A stretch of 64,000 bases of DNA from Octopus sinensis. Its lineage: Eukaryota. How positions within the stretch are numbered: position 1 is the first letter of the stretch; each line of letters begins with the position of its first letter. Positions 1 through 11,040 of this stretch are shown piece by piece. The translations under genes and the position numbers were made by a program. The stretch lies in assembly GCF_006345805.1 (NCBI RefSeq), contig NC_042998.1, positions 73,036,001 to 73,100,000 on the forward strand, read 5' to 3'. The notes beneath the pieces are model-generated. The model was given only the letters and a program-made list of their open reading frames with translations, did no database searches and was not told where the DNA came from.

Positions 1-1149
1 AATGACTTTTGAATATATTTCAGATGGAAAATAACATTCTAATAAATAATTGATTCAGGAATAAAATGAAAATAGAGTATTTATTTCAATATTAGAATTG
101 TAGAGATTGTTTTATATTTCTATTCACATTTACATTAAAGAATCAAAACACTCTACTACTTCTTAAAGTAGAGATAACAAACTATATAAAATGGCTTCAA
201 TTGAATCTGGTAAATATAATATATTACCAAAACATCATATAATCAATTGGACAGCTTCGCTTTACAATATACTGAAGAAAAATGATAATTTACTAGTTTT
301 CTGTTGGATGTGTTCATATCAATGTAAGAAAAAAGAAATGAAAGAAATGAAACCAAAATGAAGGAAGAGAGGTGTGTTAGGGGTCATATTACGGGGAAGT
401 AGCAATTTAATCTTGCTTTCTTCCAATAATTATTTTTTCCATTCTATTTTGGACGAAAACCAAATCATTGAGATACGTAAATGGTTAGAGGTTATGGAGA
501 TCATCTATCGACATTTGAAAAAATATATCAGTTTGTGCACACAGTTAGTCACAAACTCACGCACGCACGCACGCATGCAGACTCACACATATATTTGCTA
601 ACATTAAATAATACACGTTCGAATTAATACCAGGTTGTAACATAGAAAAATAGAAAAAGGAAGAGAGAGAGAGCCAGATATATAGTGAAAGATATGTAAA
701 GATATATATATATATATACATATGTGTATCTATGTACGTATGTATGTTTATATATATGTTTGCGTGTATGTATGTATGCATATATAGAGAAAGATACATA
801 TATACATAAACATATACATATTCATACTTATATATTAACATATATGCATGTAAATAGAGCTATACAAATGTGTGCGTTAGTAAGGTTGTGTGTGAATATG
901 TATTGATTTAATAATATATCTTTAATAAGCTAGTGCATGTCTGAGTATTCATTTTATTTTTTGAACATTCGCTGTTTTTCAAATGATTACTAGTGTTCTG
1001 CCGAGTTTACTTAAAGCTGCCAATGGTATGATTGCTGTTGTTTTATTTTTGTAAAGAAATATTTTGATTAGGGTGAGGAGTAAAAAAAATCTCTTCAACC
1101 TGAATGTAAAATTAAGCATAAAATACACAAACGAAATAAAATCGGATTC

Positions 1150-1510
1150 GAACCAGCAATGTATAAGAAAATAACATCTGATCTGACTGCGACAGAGATC
1201 ACAGAAACCTGTTTTGGGATTTAATCTAGAGTTATATTAAATAAGATTCTAGTGTTCCAAATCTGTTTGCTGGCATTTACATCTGGTGATACACTGCCAT
1301 ATAATTATGGGAAAACTTTGAAAGGAACTTGAGATAGAGAAGTTCAAAGTACATTCAGGTTTTAATAAAACTTATATGTCAAAGAAAAATAGTTGAAATG
1401 TATTTCATAATATTCTATACCATATGCTTTCACTCTTTTGTAAAATACAAATGTCAGAATATGGGTAACCTCGGTATTGGTTTCATTTATTTTATAATAA
1501 GATTCCATTG
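1150..1510 (-). mobile_element. possible decayed hAT (Charlie/SPIN-like) transposase remnant
   Basis: ORF 1362-1592 contains YYKINETNTEVTHILTFVFY, loosely resembling the hAT 'LQLDE.TD....L.FVRY' catalytic block. There is no other strong support. Confidence 0.25.
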
Positions 1511-1714
1511 GATAATTCAGAGAATTACATGACCCTTCTTTCACTGAAAGTATCAAATACCGAGAATACAACGTGCAATGATCCAAAGACAACGAATGTG
1601 AAATTTGTAACTAAGTGTCATCTATAAATTCTTTTCTTGAGAACCTTCTAAGAACTTGGAAAATATCAAAATACCGTGAATAAGGATGATTTCTAATATA
1701 GCAATACCTGGACC

Positions 1715-1895
1715 GTGGGTTGGCCTAAATGTTTGAGTGACAGACTCAAATAATTTGGAGAATTTAGTTGTGTTAGTTGTTCGTATACCACCGAAGTCGA
1801 TATTTATTTCTCTCTTTCTCTGAGTGGATACAATATTTACAAGTTATTGACTTTTGGTAGATACGATGAAATATCTCTCCCCATTCCCAAAATTA
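1715..1895 (+). mobile_element. highly degenerate SINE family A copy
   Basis: GTTCGTATACCACCGAAGTCGA matches the family A B-box/core GTTCAAATTCCGCCGAGGTCGA. Downstream segments are collinear but diverged. Confidence 0.4.
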
Positions 1896-2602
1896 CGTCA
1901 GTAATTGATAACATGTTACGTATTAACTGGCTTATTCAAAATAAGCCAGACACGTTCTGATTTAACGTTTTCTACAGTTTTCTAGAATATTCTGAATGTA
2001 AGTCTTTGCGATTCATTTCTAATAATACTAAAAAAACTCAGTTCAGTAGGTTACGGATTCTTGGTTCATTTGAAGGAGATTGCTTCTGCAACTGAAAATT
2101 ACAATTTAGTCAGGAAATTAACTTCTCACGAAATCACATCGCGCTTATATAAGAAGATTTTACAAAAGGTTATCATATGATAAAATATATTTCACGTGTT
2201 ATTGTTGAACAATTTAAGTCGTGTAAACTTGAAAAGAAATTAAGTTTTATAAAAATATTCATTCTACCTTTTCAAATATCGTTTTTATTATACTTGATTT
2301 ATAAGTAGGTTATTTTATCGCTTAGCTGTTACAAACAGCATTACACATAATTGCCATATTCAATTCGATGTTTGTCGTCGGTTTCACTTTTAACAAAGCC
2401 TCCTTCCAGAAGCAGAAATATTTTTGAAGAGGTTTCTTCGTGAGTATCCCTGTCGTCTTTCTGGTGCTAAGTATCTATAAAACAAAATTAAATATCCAGG
2501 ACTGCATTATCCAGAAACTCGCTTCTTTTTCAAATACCGAAGCTTAATCGAGCGATAACTGTTATTACTCACCAATTACTTCTCATAAAAATCTATGTAT
2601 CT

Positions 2603-2819
2603 AAGACGGCTATTTGGCGGAAACGTTAGCACACCGGGCGTAATGCTTAGGGGTATTTCGTCTGTCCTTACGTTCTGAGTTCAAATTCCGCCGAAGTCGA
2701 CTATGCCCTTTATCTTTTCAGGGTCGAGAAATTAAGTACCAGTTGCGTACTGGGGTCGGTCTAATCGACTGGCGCCCTCCCAAAAAATTTCGGGCCTGGT
2801 GCCTAGAGTAGAAAAGAAT
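2603..2819 (+). mobile_element. tRNA-derived SINE family A, monomer with tail 1
   Basis: A-box-like TGGCGGAAACG, B-box GTTCAAATTCC, and a core shared with about 10 other loci in the window. Flanked by a 13-bp TSD AATC(T/C)ATGTATCT at 2590-2602 and 2820-2832. Confidence 0.9.
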
Positions 2820-2866
2820 AATCCATGTATCTTGCTCGCCAGTAACACTAGTTTTACTTAATACGC

Positions 2867-3175
2867 CTGGAAATAATTCATATAAGAGTTAACGTATCTG
2901 GAACTACTCTGCATTACTAGTTCTTTCTGGACATACTCTGCATGGCTGTATATGATATCTCGAAATAATCCACGCAGTCAGTTATTATATCTAAGTATAT
3001 TTTATGGGGCTAATTATTATATTCTGAAGTTATCCATATACATTATTATTATATTTGGAAATAATCCATATTGATGGCTATAAAATATTCCACGTAGTTA
3101 GTTATTGTGTGTTGTAATAAGATATGTAGCTAGTTATTAAACCTGGAAATAATCCATATAGCTGGTTAGTGTACC
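2867..3175 (+). repeat. degenerate ~31-32 bp minisatellite
   Basis: Recurring CTGGAAATAATCCAT...AGTTATTATAT units, about 9 diverged copies. Confidence 0.55.
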
Positions 3176-3810
3176 CTATATTCATCAAAGATGGCATTCT
3201 TCTTGAATACATTGATAGCCGAGATAGGAAAATTGGAATTATATTGAAATGCAGGTTAAAAGAATTTAATCAATGAAACAGCATTAAAGCATGTCAATAT
3301 AAGAACGTCAATGCCGACTGTAAATAGTTTTCGGCAAGGTTATTACAATATTTTGCTGAAATCTATTCAGTATCCGCGGCAAATATTTCGTCTATATTAA
3401 TACCAATAAATGTCAATATTCTGCTCAGTATGTAAAAGGAAGAAAACTAAAAAAGAATATCCTTTGGTAAAAAATAAATAAAGTAAGCTCGCAGTCTAAT
3501 TTGCAATATAAAAGTGATTATGTAGCCTAGGTTATATAATAAGTTGTTATATCATATGTACTTATTTCCTGGGTGAAAAAACTACAAATGCTGGTATTAT
3601 CATATATAGGCCATTTGTATTCTAAGAGTTTGCATCAATACAAATACAAACTATATAATTCAATTATTGGAACTTTGTAACTCAAGGATTTCTAGAGAAA
3701 TGCTTCCTAACATTTTTTTAAAAATCAGTAACTTAATCGATTAGGATGATCATCTACCTTAACAAATAACACAAAATAACATGCAATGTATTATATGAAT
3801 TGTTAAATAT

Positions 3811-4604
3811 ACTTTTCTAATCAAGACAAGAGCACGAAATTTTGGGAGAGGGGGCCAGTCGAATAGATCGACCCCAGTACGCAACTGATACTTAATTTAT
3901 CGAGCCCGAAAGGATGAAAGGAAAAGTCGACCTCGGCAGAATATGGACTCAGAACGAAAGAGATACGAAATGCAGCTAAGCATTTCGCCCGGCATGCTAA
4001 CCTTTCTTATTTCTTTATTGCCCACTAGGAGCTAAACATAGAGGGGACAGACAAAGGGATTAAGGTGATTACATCGACCCCCAGTGCATAGCTGGTACTT
4101 AATTACTTCACCCCGAAAGGATGAAAAGCAAGGTCAACCTCGGCGGAATTTGAACTCAGAACGTAACGGCAGACGTAATACCTATTTCTTTACTGCCCAC
4201 AAGGAGCTACACAGAGAAGGGGCAAACAAGGACAGACAAACGGATTAAGTCGATTATATATGGATCCCAGTGCATAACTGGTACTTAATTTATCGACCCC
4301 GTAAGGATGAAAGGCAAAGTCGACCTCGCCGGAATTTGAACTCAGAACGTAGCGGCAAACGAAATACCTATTTGTTTACTACCCACAAGGGGATAAACAC
4401 AGAGAGGACAAACAAGGACAGACAAACGGATTAAGTCGATTAAATCGACCCCAGTGCGTAACTGGTACTTATTTAATTGACATCGAAATGATGAAAGGCA
4501 AAGTCGACCTCGGCGGAATTTGAACTCAGAACGTAACAGCAAACGAAATACCACTAAGCATTTCGCCCGGCGTGGTAACGTTTCCGCCAGCTCGCCACCA
4601 TAAA
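3811..4604 (-). mobile_element. composite SINE family A tetramer: head-core-tail2a-core-tail2a-core-tail2b-partial head-core-tail1
   Basis: Four copies of the core with ~185 bp periodicity and a single complete head at 4552-4599. Flanked by a 13-bp TSD AATTGTTA(A/G)ATAT at 3798-3810 and 4605-4617. Confidence 0.9.
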
Positions 4605-5501
4605 AATTGTTAGATATTGACTGATCTGTTGATCGGTTTAGTATTGAGTGGTCACTCGAAAATCAACCCATTTCTTCAATTGATTTATCAGTTGATTTAC
4701 TCATTATATCCGTTGAGTATCAGCAGATCTGCTCTACATCAACTAAGTTAAGTAACAACTGATTTGGGCAGCACCACCGGCGCTTTTAAATATCAAGATC
4801 TCTCTAAAATATCAATTCCTGTATTAAATCGCAAGCATTTTACAGTAATTAATTTTCTTTTGTTGCAACAGCAAAAGCATTCGATGGAATTCTTTTCATT
4901 ATTTCTGATATACTACATCAACACTTTATCCACTGTGCCTTAGTTATTTAAAACTGCATTGCGTTCAATATGATGAAGAGAACGCTTTACTGTCAATTTA
5001 AGATTCCATACTTTGTGCAAAGATTAGATAAATGTTTAAAAAAAGTAAACACAAGCATAAGCGGTAAAAAAAAATGCGTATCTTTAGGCTTCAGGTTTTA
5101 GATGTAGCATTGAATTTACTGCTCTCCAAAGCTTCAGCCGTAAAAATGATTCAGGTTCTGTTTAGAACTATTCACGAAAGTATTTAATTTTATTTTGAAA
5201 AGTAAACAAAAATAATCTCTTAATTTCCACTATCCTAAAACCTCAAATACGATGCCTACATAAAAAGGCAATTTTATTCTACATTAAAGTGATTCATATA
5301 TATTATATGCGTTTACGCTATTTTATATTTTTAACGTTATTCATTGCATCACTTAGAAAGTAGTGTAGCCCAGAGAACGCATAAATTGTGGCTTATTTAT
5401 GTTTTCTCGATTCTTTTCTGTTATATATTCACTTTATTTTTCACCCGTGTTTAATGGTAGTGCTTATATATGTGGATTACGCGCGTACACACGGTAAGGT
5501 G

Positions 5502-5517
5502 TATATATATATATATA

Positions 5518-5583
<66 letters not shown>

Positions 5584-5645
5584 TGTGTGTGTCTGTCTCT
5601 GTGAGAGAGAGAGAGGGAGAGAGAGAGAGGGAGAGAGAGAGAGAT
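5502..5645. repeat. compound (TA)n(TG)n(GA)n microsatellite
   Basis: Read directly from the sequence. Confidence 0.95.
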
Positions 5646-5953
5646 GATTCTATATACAGTGGTAAGCGAATCTGAGACTGTGAGCACGCTGGCATGTTTA
5701 ATAACGATCGCTTCTATATCTAAAACCTTCTGCTTTGAATTCAGGAATATTTCTGGAAAATATTGAAGAGGCAAACGATTTTATTAATATTAAATTCTCA
5801 GTAGGAGCAAGCAAAAAGAAGACAATTATCTTTTAGGAAGATAAAATAAAGTTCATGAAAAACAAATACTAAATGTTAATGAAGTGAAATAGATAACATT
5901 TATATTCGTATTTCAATATATACTTATCTCTCTCCTTTTGTATATCAATCACC

Positions 5954-5976
5954 ATATATATATATACATACATATA

Positions 5977-6053
<77 letters not shown>
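5954..6053. repeat. (TA)n microsatellite
   Basis: Read directly from the sequence. Confidence 0.95.
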
Positions 6054-6056
<3 letters not shown>

Positions 6057-6396
6057 CGTGATGCATGCATTTATGTATGTACGTACGTATGTATCTGTGC
6101 ATGTATGTATGTAAGCGTATTTGTATCTACGAAATTATGCATGTGCATAATCAGTTTAGAGTACTTTAAGAAGAAAACATATATACATTAAAAGTTATAT
6201 GTGTTTACATAAAAGGTCGTTTGATATGTTCACGTACAAAAAAATTGCATATACATTTATATATATATATTTAAGTTTAAAGATGTATATTTGCATAAAC
6301 ATACGTGTGAAAAATACAGCACATTGCTACGAATATTTCACTCCATTCATAGACACATGTTTGTATTCCTACATATTTATATTTATTAGCTAAAAC

Positions 6397-6430
<34 letters not shown>

Positions 6431-7157
6431 GGAGGTAGCGAGATACAGGAGGATTTCATGGAAGCAGAGAAGTGAAATCGATGATAGATTGTGTATGGAA
6501 GAGAGTAGTAATTGCAATCTTTCTGACAAGCTAGTCATGTGTTGTACAATTGATTAACTTGCCACATAATTTAATACAGTCATGAATTCATCTCAGTATG
6601 TTTACGGATGGGTACATGTTTCTGTGAGATTTAGCTTCGGGAGATATCCTCCTGAACAAGATCTACGTTCAGCTAATTCTGTTTTCTATCCCAAGCTATA
6701 TCGCCGCTGGACAATTTCTTGGAAGTGTTTCTATCACGACGACATTGTAAATTTTCATTCTTACACTTCTTGAAACTTTTAAACTTCCATTGCATTATTC
6801 AACAAGCTTTTGAATATTCTGCCTTTCCTTTCTCTACTTATTTCCATTTCCTATCCTAACTGAAATATTATAGAATAATTGTAATCGCCATTAAAGAATA
6901 TGAAATAATAAAAAAAATATTCATTTGTACCTAAATTATCACAAAATATGTTATTGATGTTTTTTTGTAGTTGCATGAAGTGTTGCTCTGTGAAGTGTTT
7001 GATGAAAAGTATTAAGTTTATTGATTATGGTATAATTGTATTTTGCTATTTATTTACCTATAACTTCAATAATTGAATATATATATAATTTACTGTCGCT
7101 ATTGTTGTTACTAAGATAATTATGTGTACTAGTAGAAGTATTAGCAGCAGTAAAGTA

Positions 7158-7177
7158 ATCATCATCATCATCATCAT

Positions 7178-7208
<31 letters not shown>

Positions 7209-7210
7209 AA

Positions 7211-7250
<40 letters not shown>
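7158..7250. repeat. compound (ATC)n(AGC)n(AGT)n microsatellite
   Basis: Read directly from the sequence. It explains the poly-L and poly-S ORFs. Confidence 0.95.
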
Positions 7251-7251
<1 letters not shown>

Positions 7252-7259
7252 CCATTAGA

Positions 7260-7835
7260 GTTGTTACCGTTCTGCTGGTAATCTTGTCCTGTATTCGGGC
7301 CGGCAATTTCGGCCGTCTTTACGTTGTGTTAAAATTCTACAGGGGTTGACTTTGACTTTTATACTTTCGGGGTCGAGAAAATAGGTACTAATTGAACACT
7401 GGAGTCGATGTAATCGACTTAGCATTGCAGGCCTTCTGCCAGAATGTGACACCAATATTATTGTTCTGAGTGAAGGATGTGAGCTGGCAGAATTGTTAAC
7501 CCGCCGGGAAAAATGCTCAGCGGCATATTGACTGCCTTTACGTTCGGGTTTCGAATACCGCAGGAGTTGAGTTTTACCTTTCATCCTTCCGGGGCTCGAT
7601 AACATTATGATCAACTGAACCCTGGAATCGATGTAATCGATTAGTTCCTCCCATGGAATTGCCTTGTGTCAAACTTTGAAATTAGTATCATTTTTCTGAG
7701 TTGAGTGCAAATTCCACCGGATTGATTTTGTATTTCGTATTTTCGGAGACGATAAATTATATACCAGCTGAACATTAGAATCAATATAATCGACTTAACC
7801 TGGGTTTGTGCGTCTTGTGCCAAAATTTGAACCCC
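7260..7835 (+). mobile_element. three tandem, older SINE family A copies
   Basis: Three successive cores (B-box-like AAATTC/GAATACC, TTTCGGGGTCGA, ...CTGGAGTCGATGTAATCGACT) starting near 7270, 7475 and 7695. Confidence 0.75.
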
Positions 7836-7869
7836 CAAATACTGTTCTATTGCCGTCATCATTTCGGGG

Positions 7870-8910
7870 TCACTAAGATAAGTACATCGCTCTGCACTAT
7901 TTATTTGGTTATAAAATCTCCTCTGGTCTGTCTCAAATAATCTATTCAGTTGATACTGATTTATTATTTTCTGATATCTGGAGAGCTTGCCAGTTACTGC
8001 TATGATATGTTGTTTCAACCCTTCTATTATTGTCCCAAAATCCTTTCCGCGAGGCAATATTTGCATCTTGTGTTTCCTAACTTTTTTATTTTCCAGGCTT
8101 CTATTCTTCTCAGATCTCGTTTTAAAGCCTTTGCCTTTTGTAGTCTCCTTTTCCACATTTGCTCTTTTCTAATCTTTCCCTATGAGATATCTAATCTTCT
8201 GGTGACTACTACCCCTCGTGCATAGATCAATAAGTTAGTGTTTTCAATATGTTTTAGAACCTAGCCTCCTGGGAACAGTATGTACTTTCGTAATCATTTC
8301 TTGTAGCTTCCTTGTGTTGCTGCTTTTTAATGTGTGCAGTCTTTTTCTTACTTCTCTTGATACTTCATGCAAGTCACCTAAAATCTTCTGATCTTCCTCA
8401 CTTAAAGTACTTAAGTCGCTGGAAGGCAAGCTAGCAGAAACGACAGAATTCCGGGCGAAATACTTAGCGGTATTTTGTCTCTTTTTACGATCAAATTTGG
8501 CCGAGGGTCGACTTTGCCTTTCGGGGTTGATAAATTAAGCCCCAGTTGCGTACTGGGGTCGATCTAATCGACTGACCCCGTCCCCCAAAATTTCGGAGCT
8601 TGTGCCTAGAGTTGAAAAGTCGTTGGTGCTAGTTGTCTCTTCCTTATTGGTAACGCTATTGTTATTTTTTTCTTTAAGTTCTTCTTTGGTTTGAGTTATA
8701 TCTCATATGTTGTCGTTTGTCTTTCCCACTGCCTGGTTTTTGTTTTCCAGTTCTCTTGTGATCTCTTACTACCACAAATTCTGTCATCCACTTTCGTCTC
8801 CTAATAGCATTAGCTTGATCAAATAATCTCTGATCAATCATTTTTATTATATCCTTCTCTACCCAAAGTGTTATCATCCGTTTTCTATAGCCCCTTCTTT
8901 TAGGTTCATT
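7870..8910 (-). mobile_element. R4/Dong-type (RLE) non-LTR retrotransposon, N-terminal region, decayed and interrupted by a SINE
   Basis: Contains DQRLFDQANAIRRRKW (8674-8877) and EGLKQHIIAVTGKLSRYQ...NQYQLNRLFETDQRRFY (7641-8156), typical pre-RT blocks of R4/Dong-like elements. Confidence 0.7.
8423..8616 (+). mobile_element. SINE family A monomer nested in the R4/Dong fragment
   Basis: Family A head, core and tail 1. TSD AAGTCG(C/T)TGG at 8413-8422 and 8617-8626. Confidence 0.88.
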
Positions 8911-8929
8911 TTCTACATTACCCGCTCAC

Positions 8930-10105
8930 ATTCTGTACAGTCTTCCCATATCCACTTTCAGTTTGGAGTACTTGGTTAATTTTTCATCCTCTTTACTCAC
9001 GCAATTCATATCATTTGGTATGGCTACATCAATGATCTAACAGTATTTATTTCTCTGATTCAATATGACAATATCCGGCCGACGGAGTTCGATAACACGA
9101 TCTGTCTGGAAATCATAGCCTCAGAGGTTTTATAGATGTTATATTTCACTCAAATTGTAGCAAGAACCTGGTCTTGTGTAGCAATGATCAGGCTTTCAGT
9201 GGTACGCTTCAGATCACCTCGATCAAGCCGTGCCCACGATGCTGTATTATCCTTAACGTTTTGTGTATTCCATTCAAACTGTACATGCATTCTCATTTCA
9301 AGAATGTCTTCTTTCCTCTTCACCTCAGTTCCTTGGTTAAACTCTTCCTTGCCCATCATTTCATCTGCATTTAGACCCATATCTTTCGCGGCACATTGCA
9401 GCAGGTCTTCGTCACTATTTACCGAGTACTCGGCAATCGTTCTCCTTCCACTCCTTATACAATGGTCTATACTAATTAGTCCTCTGCCACTATTCTTTCT
9501 TTTTATATGCAGTTTGTTTACGCTTGTTTTGGTGTGTAGTGCCCCATGCAGCAGCATCAATTGCCTCGTCCTTCAAACCAGTGTTGATATTTCCTCCTAA
9601 GTCCATTTGAGTATGGACCCACTATATCTGACCACTGCAACTGCCCAAATATTCATTACGATAATCAAATATTTGGCATTCAGGTTCGATTTCAACACGA
9701 TCTTCCCCCTTTCTTGATACGCCTCGCTGACCTTGACTTTCTTTTCTTTGTGTTGAATGTCATCCAGCTCCAAAATCCTCAAATATCTACACCCATGGTC
9801 TCTCCTGATGGAAAACATAATTCTCTGCTTTCTTGCCCCTTTTCATATTAAGTACTGAGCATTTGATAATCTCAAATTCCATGCCAGTGTCCCTACCACA
9901 CTTCTGGACTGTTTCAATTAAAGAATCTATCTCTTTCTCATATTTCCTAAACAATTTCAGGTCATCCATAAACAGAAGATGGTTCAATGATTGGCCTTAC
10001 TTCCCACATTGGTAACCCGTCGTAAATTTCCTAAGTGTCATTTTTATGGGTATTAGTGCACTTACAAAAAGTAACGGTGAGAACGTGTCACCTTGGAAGA
10101 TCCCC
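8930..10105 (-). mobile_element. R4/Dong-type element, 5'-truncated RT plus restriction-like endonuclease, decayed
   Basis: GIFQGDTFSPLLF, NHLLFMDDLKLF, GRGLISI, LKRTTESLIIATQDQVL, then RRPDIVI...IIDVAIP...EKLTKY. Begins directly after a (TAA)n tract. Confidence 0.88.
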
Positions 10106-10106
10106 C

Positions 10107-10175
<69 letters not shown>

Positions 10176-10215
10176 TACTACTACTACTATATTATTATTA
10201 TTATTATTATTATTA

Positions 10216-10262
<47 letters not shown>

Positions 10263-10310
10263 TATTATTATTATTATATTATTATTATTATATTATTATT
10301 ATTATTATTA
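10107..10310. repeat. (TAA/TTA)n microsatellite
   Basis: Read directly. Separates two R4/Dong pieces. Confidence 0.95.
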
Positions 10311-10700
10311 TTTCTTATACATACAACAAGTAACAGACTGCAACAAGTAACCTTAGATGATAAGAACCCTCCTAATTATTCTAGCTGTCTTAGTTTTCTG
10401 TAGCTGTACTAAATCGGTTTTTATACCTATTTCCTCTATTCATATGTTCAAATCTTCAGGGATAGTTCTTAATGCACCTATAACTACTAGGAAACATTTA
10501 ACCCGCACTTTCCATAGTCTCTGTAATTCAATGGCAATGTTCTGGTACTTTGCTATTTTTTCTATACCTCTTGTATGGATTTTTTGATAGTTTGGGACCA
10601 TAAAATCAATTATTGGGCACTTTCTATTCTCTTTGTCTACTACTAATAAATCAGGCATTCTAGCTTGCATTACTCTGTGAATCTAAATTTTAAAGGCCTT
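10311..10700 (-). mobile_element. R4/Dong-type 3' end (RLE PD..D domain)
   Basis: RMPDLLVVDKENRKCPIIDFMVP...EKIAKYQNIAIELQRLWK...VVIGAL. The 3' end runs into (TAA)n. Confidence 0.85.
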
Positions 10701-10916
10701 CCAGCTTCTATTACTCTCATTATTATCATTATAATATTGAGACAGAAGTGAATGTCATTAAAGCGACATTGGGGTAAAATATACAGGGCCAGTATAACCA
10801 TCATGACAACACGTCTGATAAGAGTACACCATGCACAGGCATCACAACCATATGTGCGCGAGATGGTGATCTCACATCAAGATAAACAGCGCATAACCCT
10901 ACAGGTGGGGCCCAGT

Positions 10917-10923
10917 TTTGTTG

Positions 10924-11003
<80 letters not shown>

Positions 11004-11040
11004 GTTATTATCATTATTATTAACATCATTGTTGTTGTTT
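10917..11040. repeat. (TTA)n/(TTG)n microsatellite
   Basis: Read directly from the sequence. Confidence 0.95.

Noticed and set aside
557-906. ORFs rich in Y/I/V/C/H/T (also 5388-6102, 10035-10403, 41082-41823, 48118-48501, 49853-50164, 52221-52512)
   Set aside because: These are translations of stop-free microsatellites, not genes.
3811-4604. Regular ~185-bp periodicity as a CRISPR array or a hammerhead retrozyme tandem
   Set aside because: There are no unique spacers or cas genes and the context is eukaryotic. I found no CUGANGA/GAAA hammerhead core in the unit on either strand.
10750-10916. Segment that looks like a familiar octopus interspersed repeat
   Set aside because: Single copy in the window with no internal evidence; recall alone is not enough to call it.
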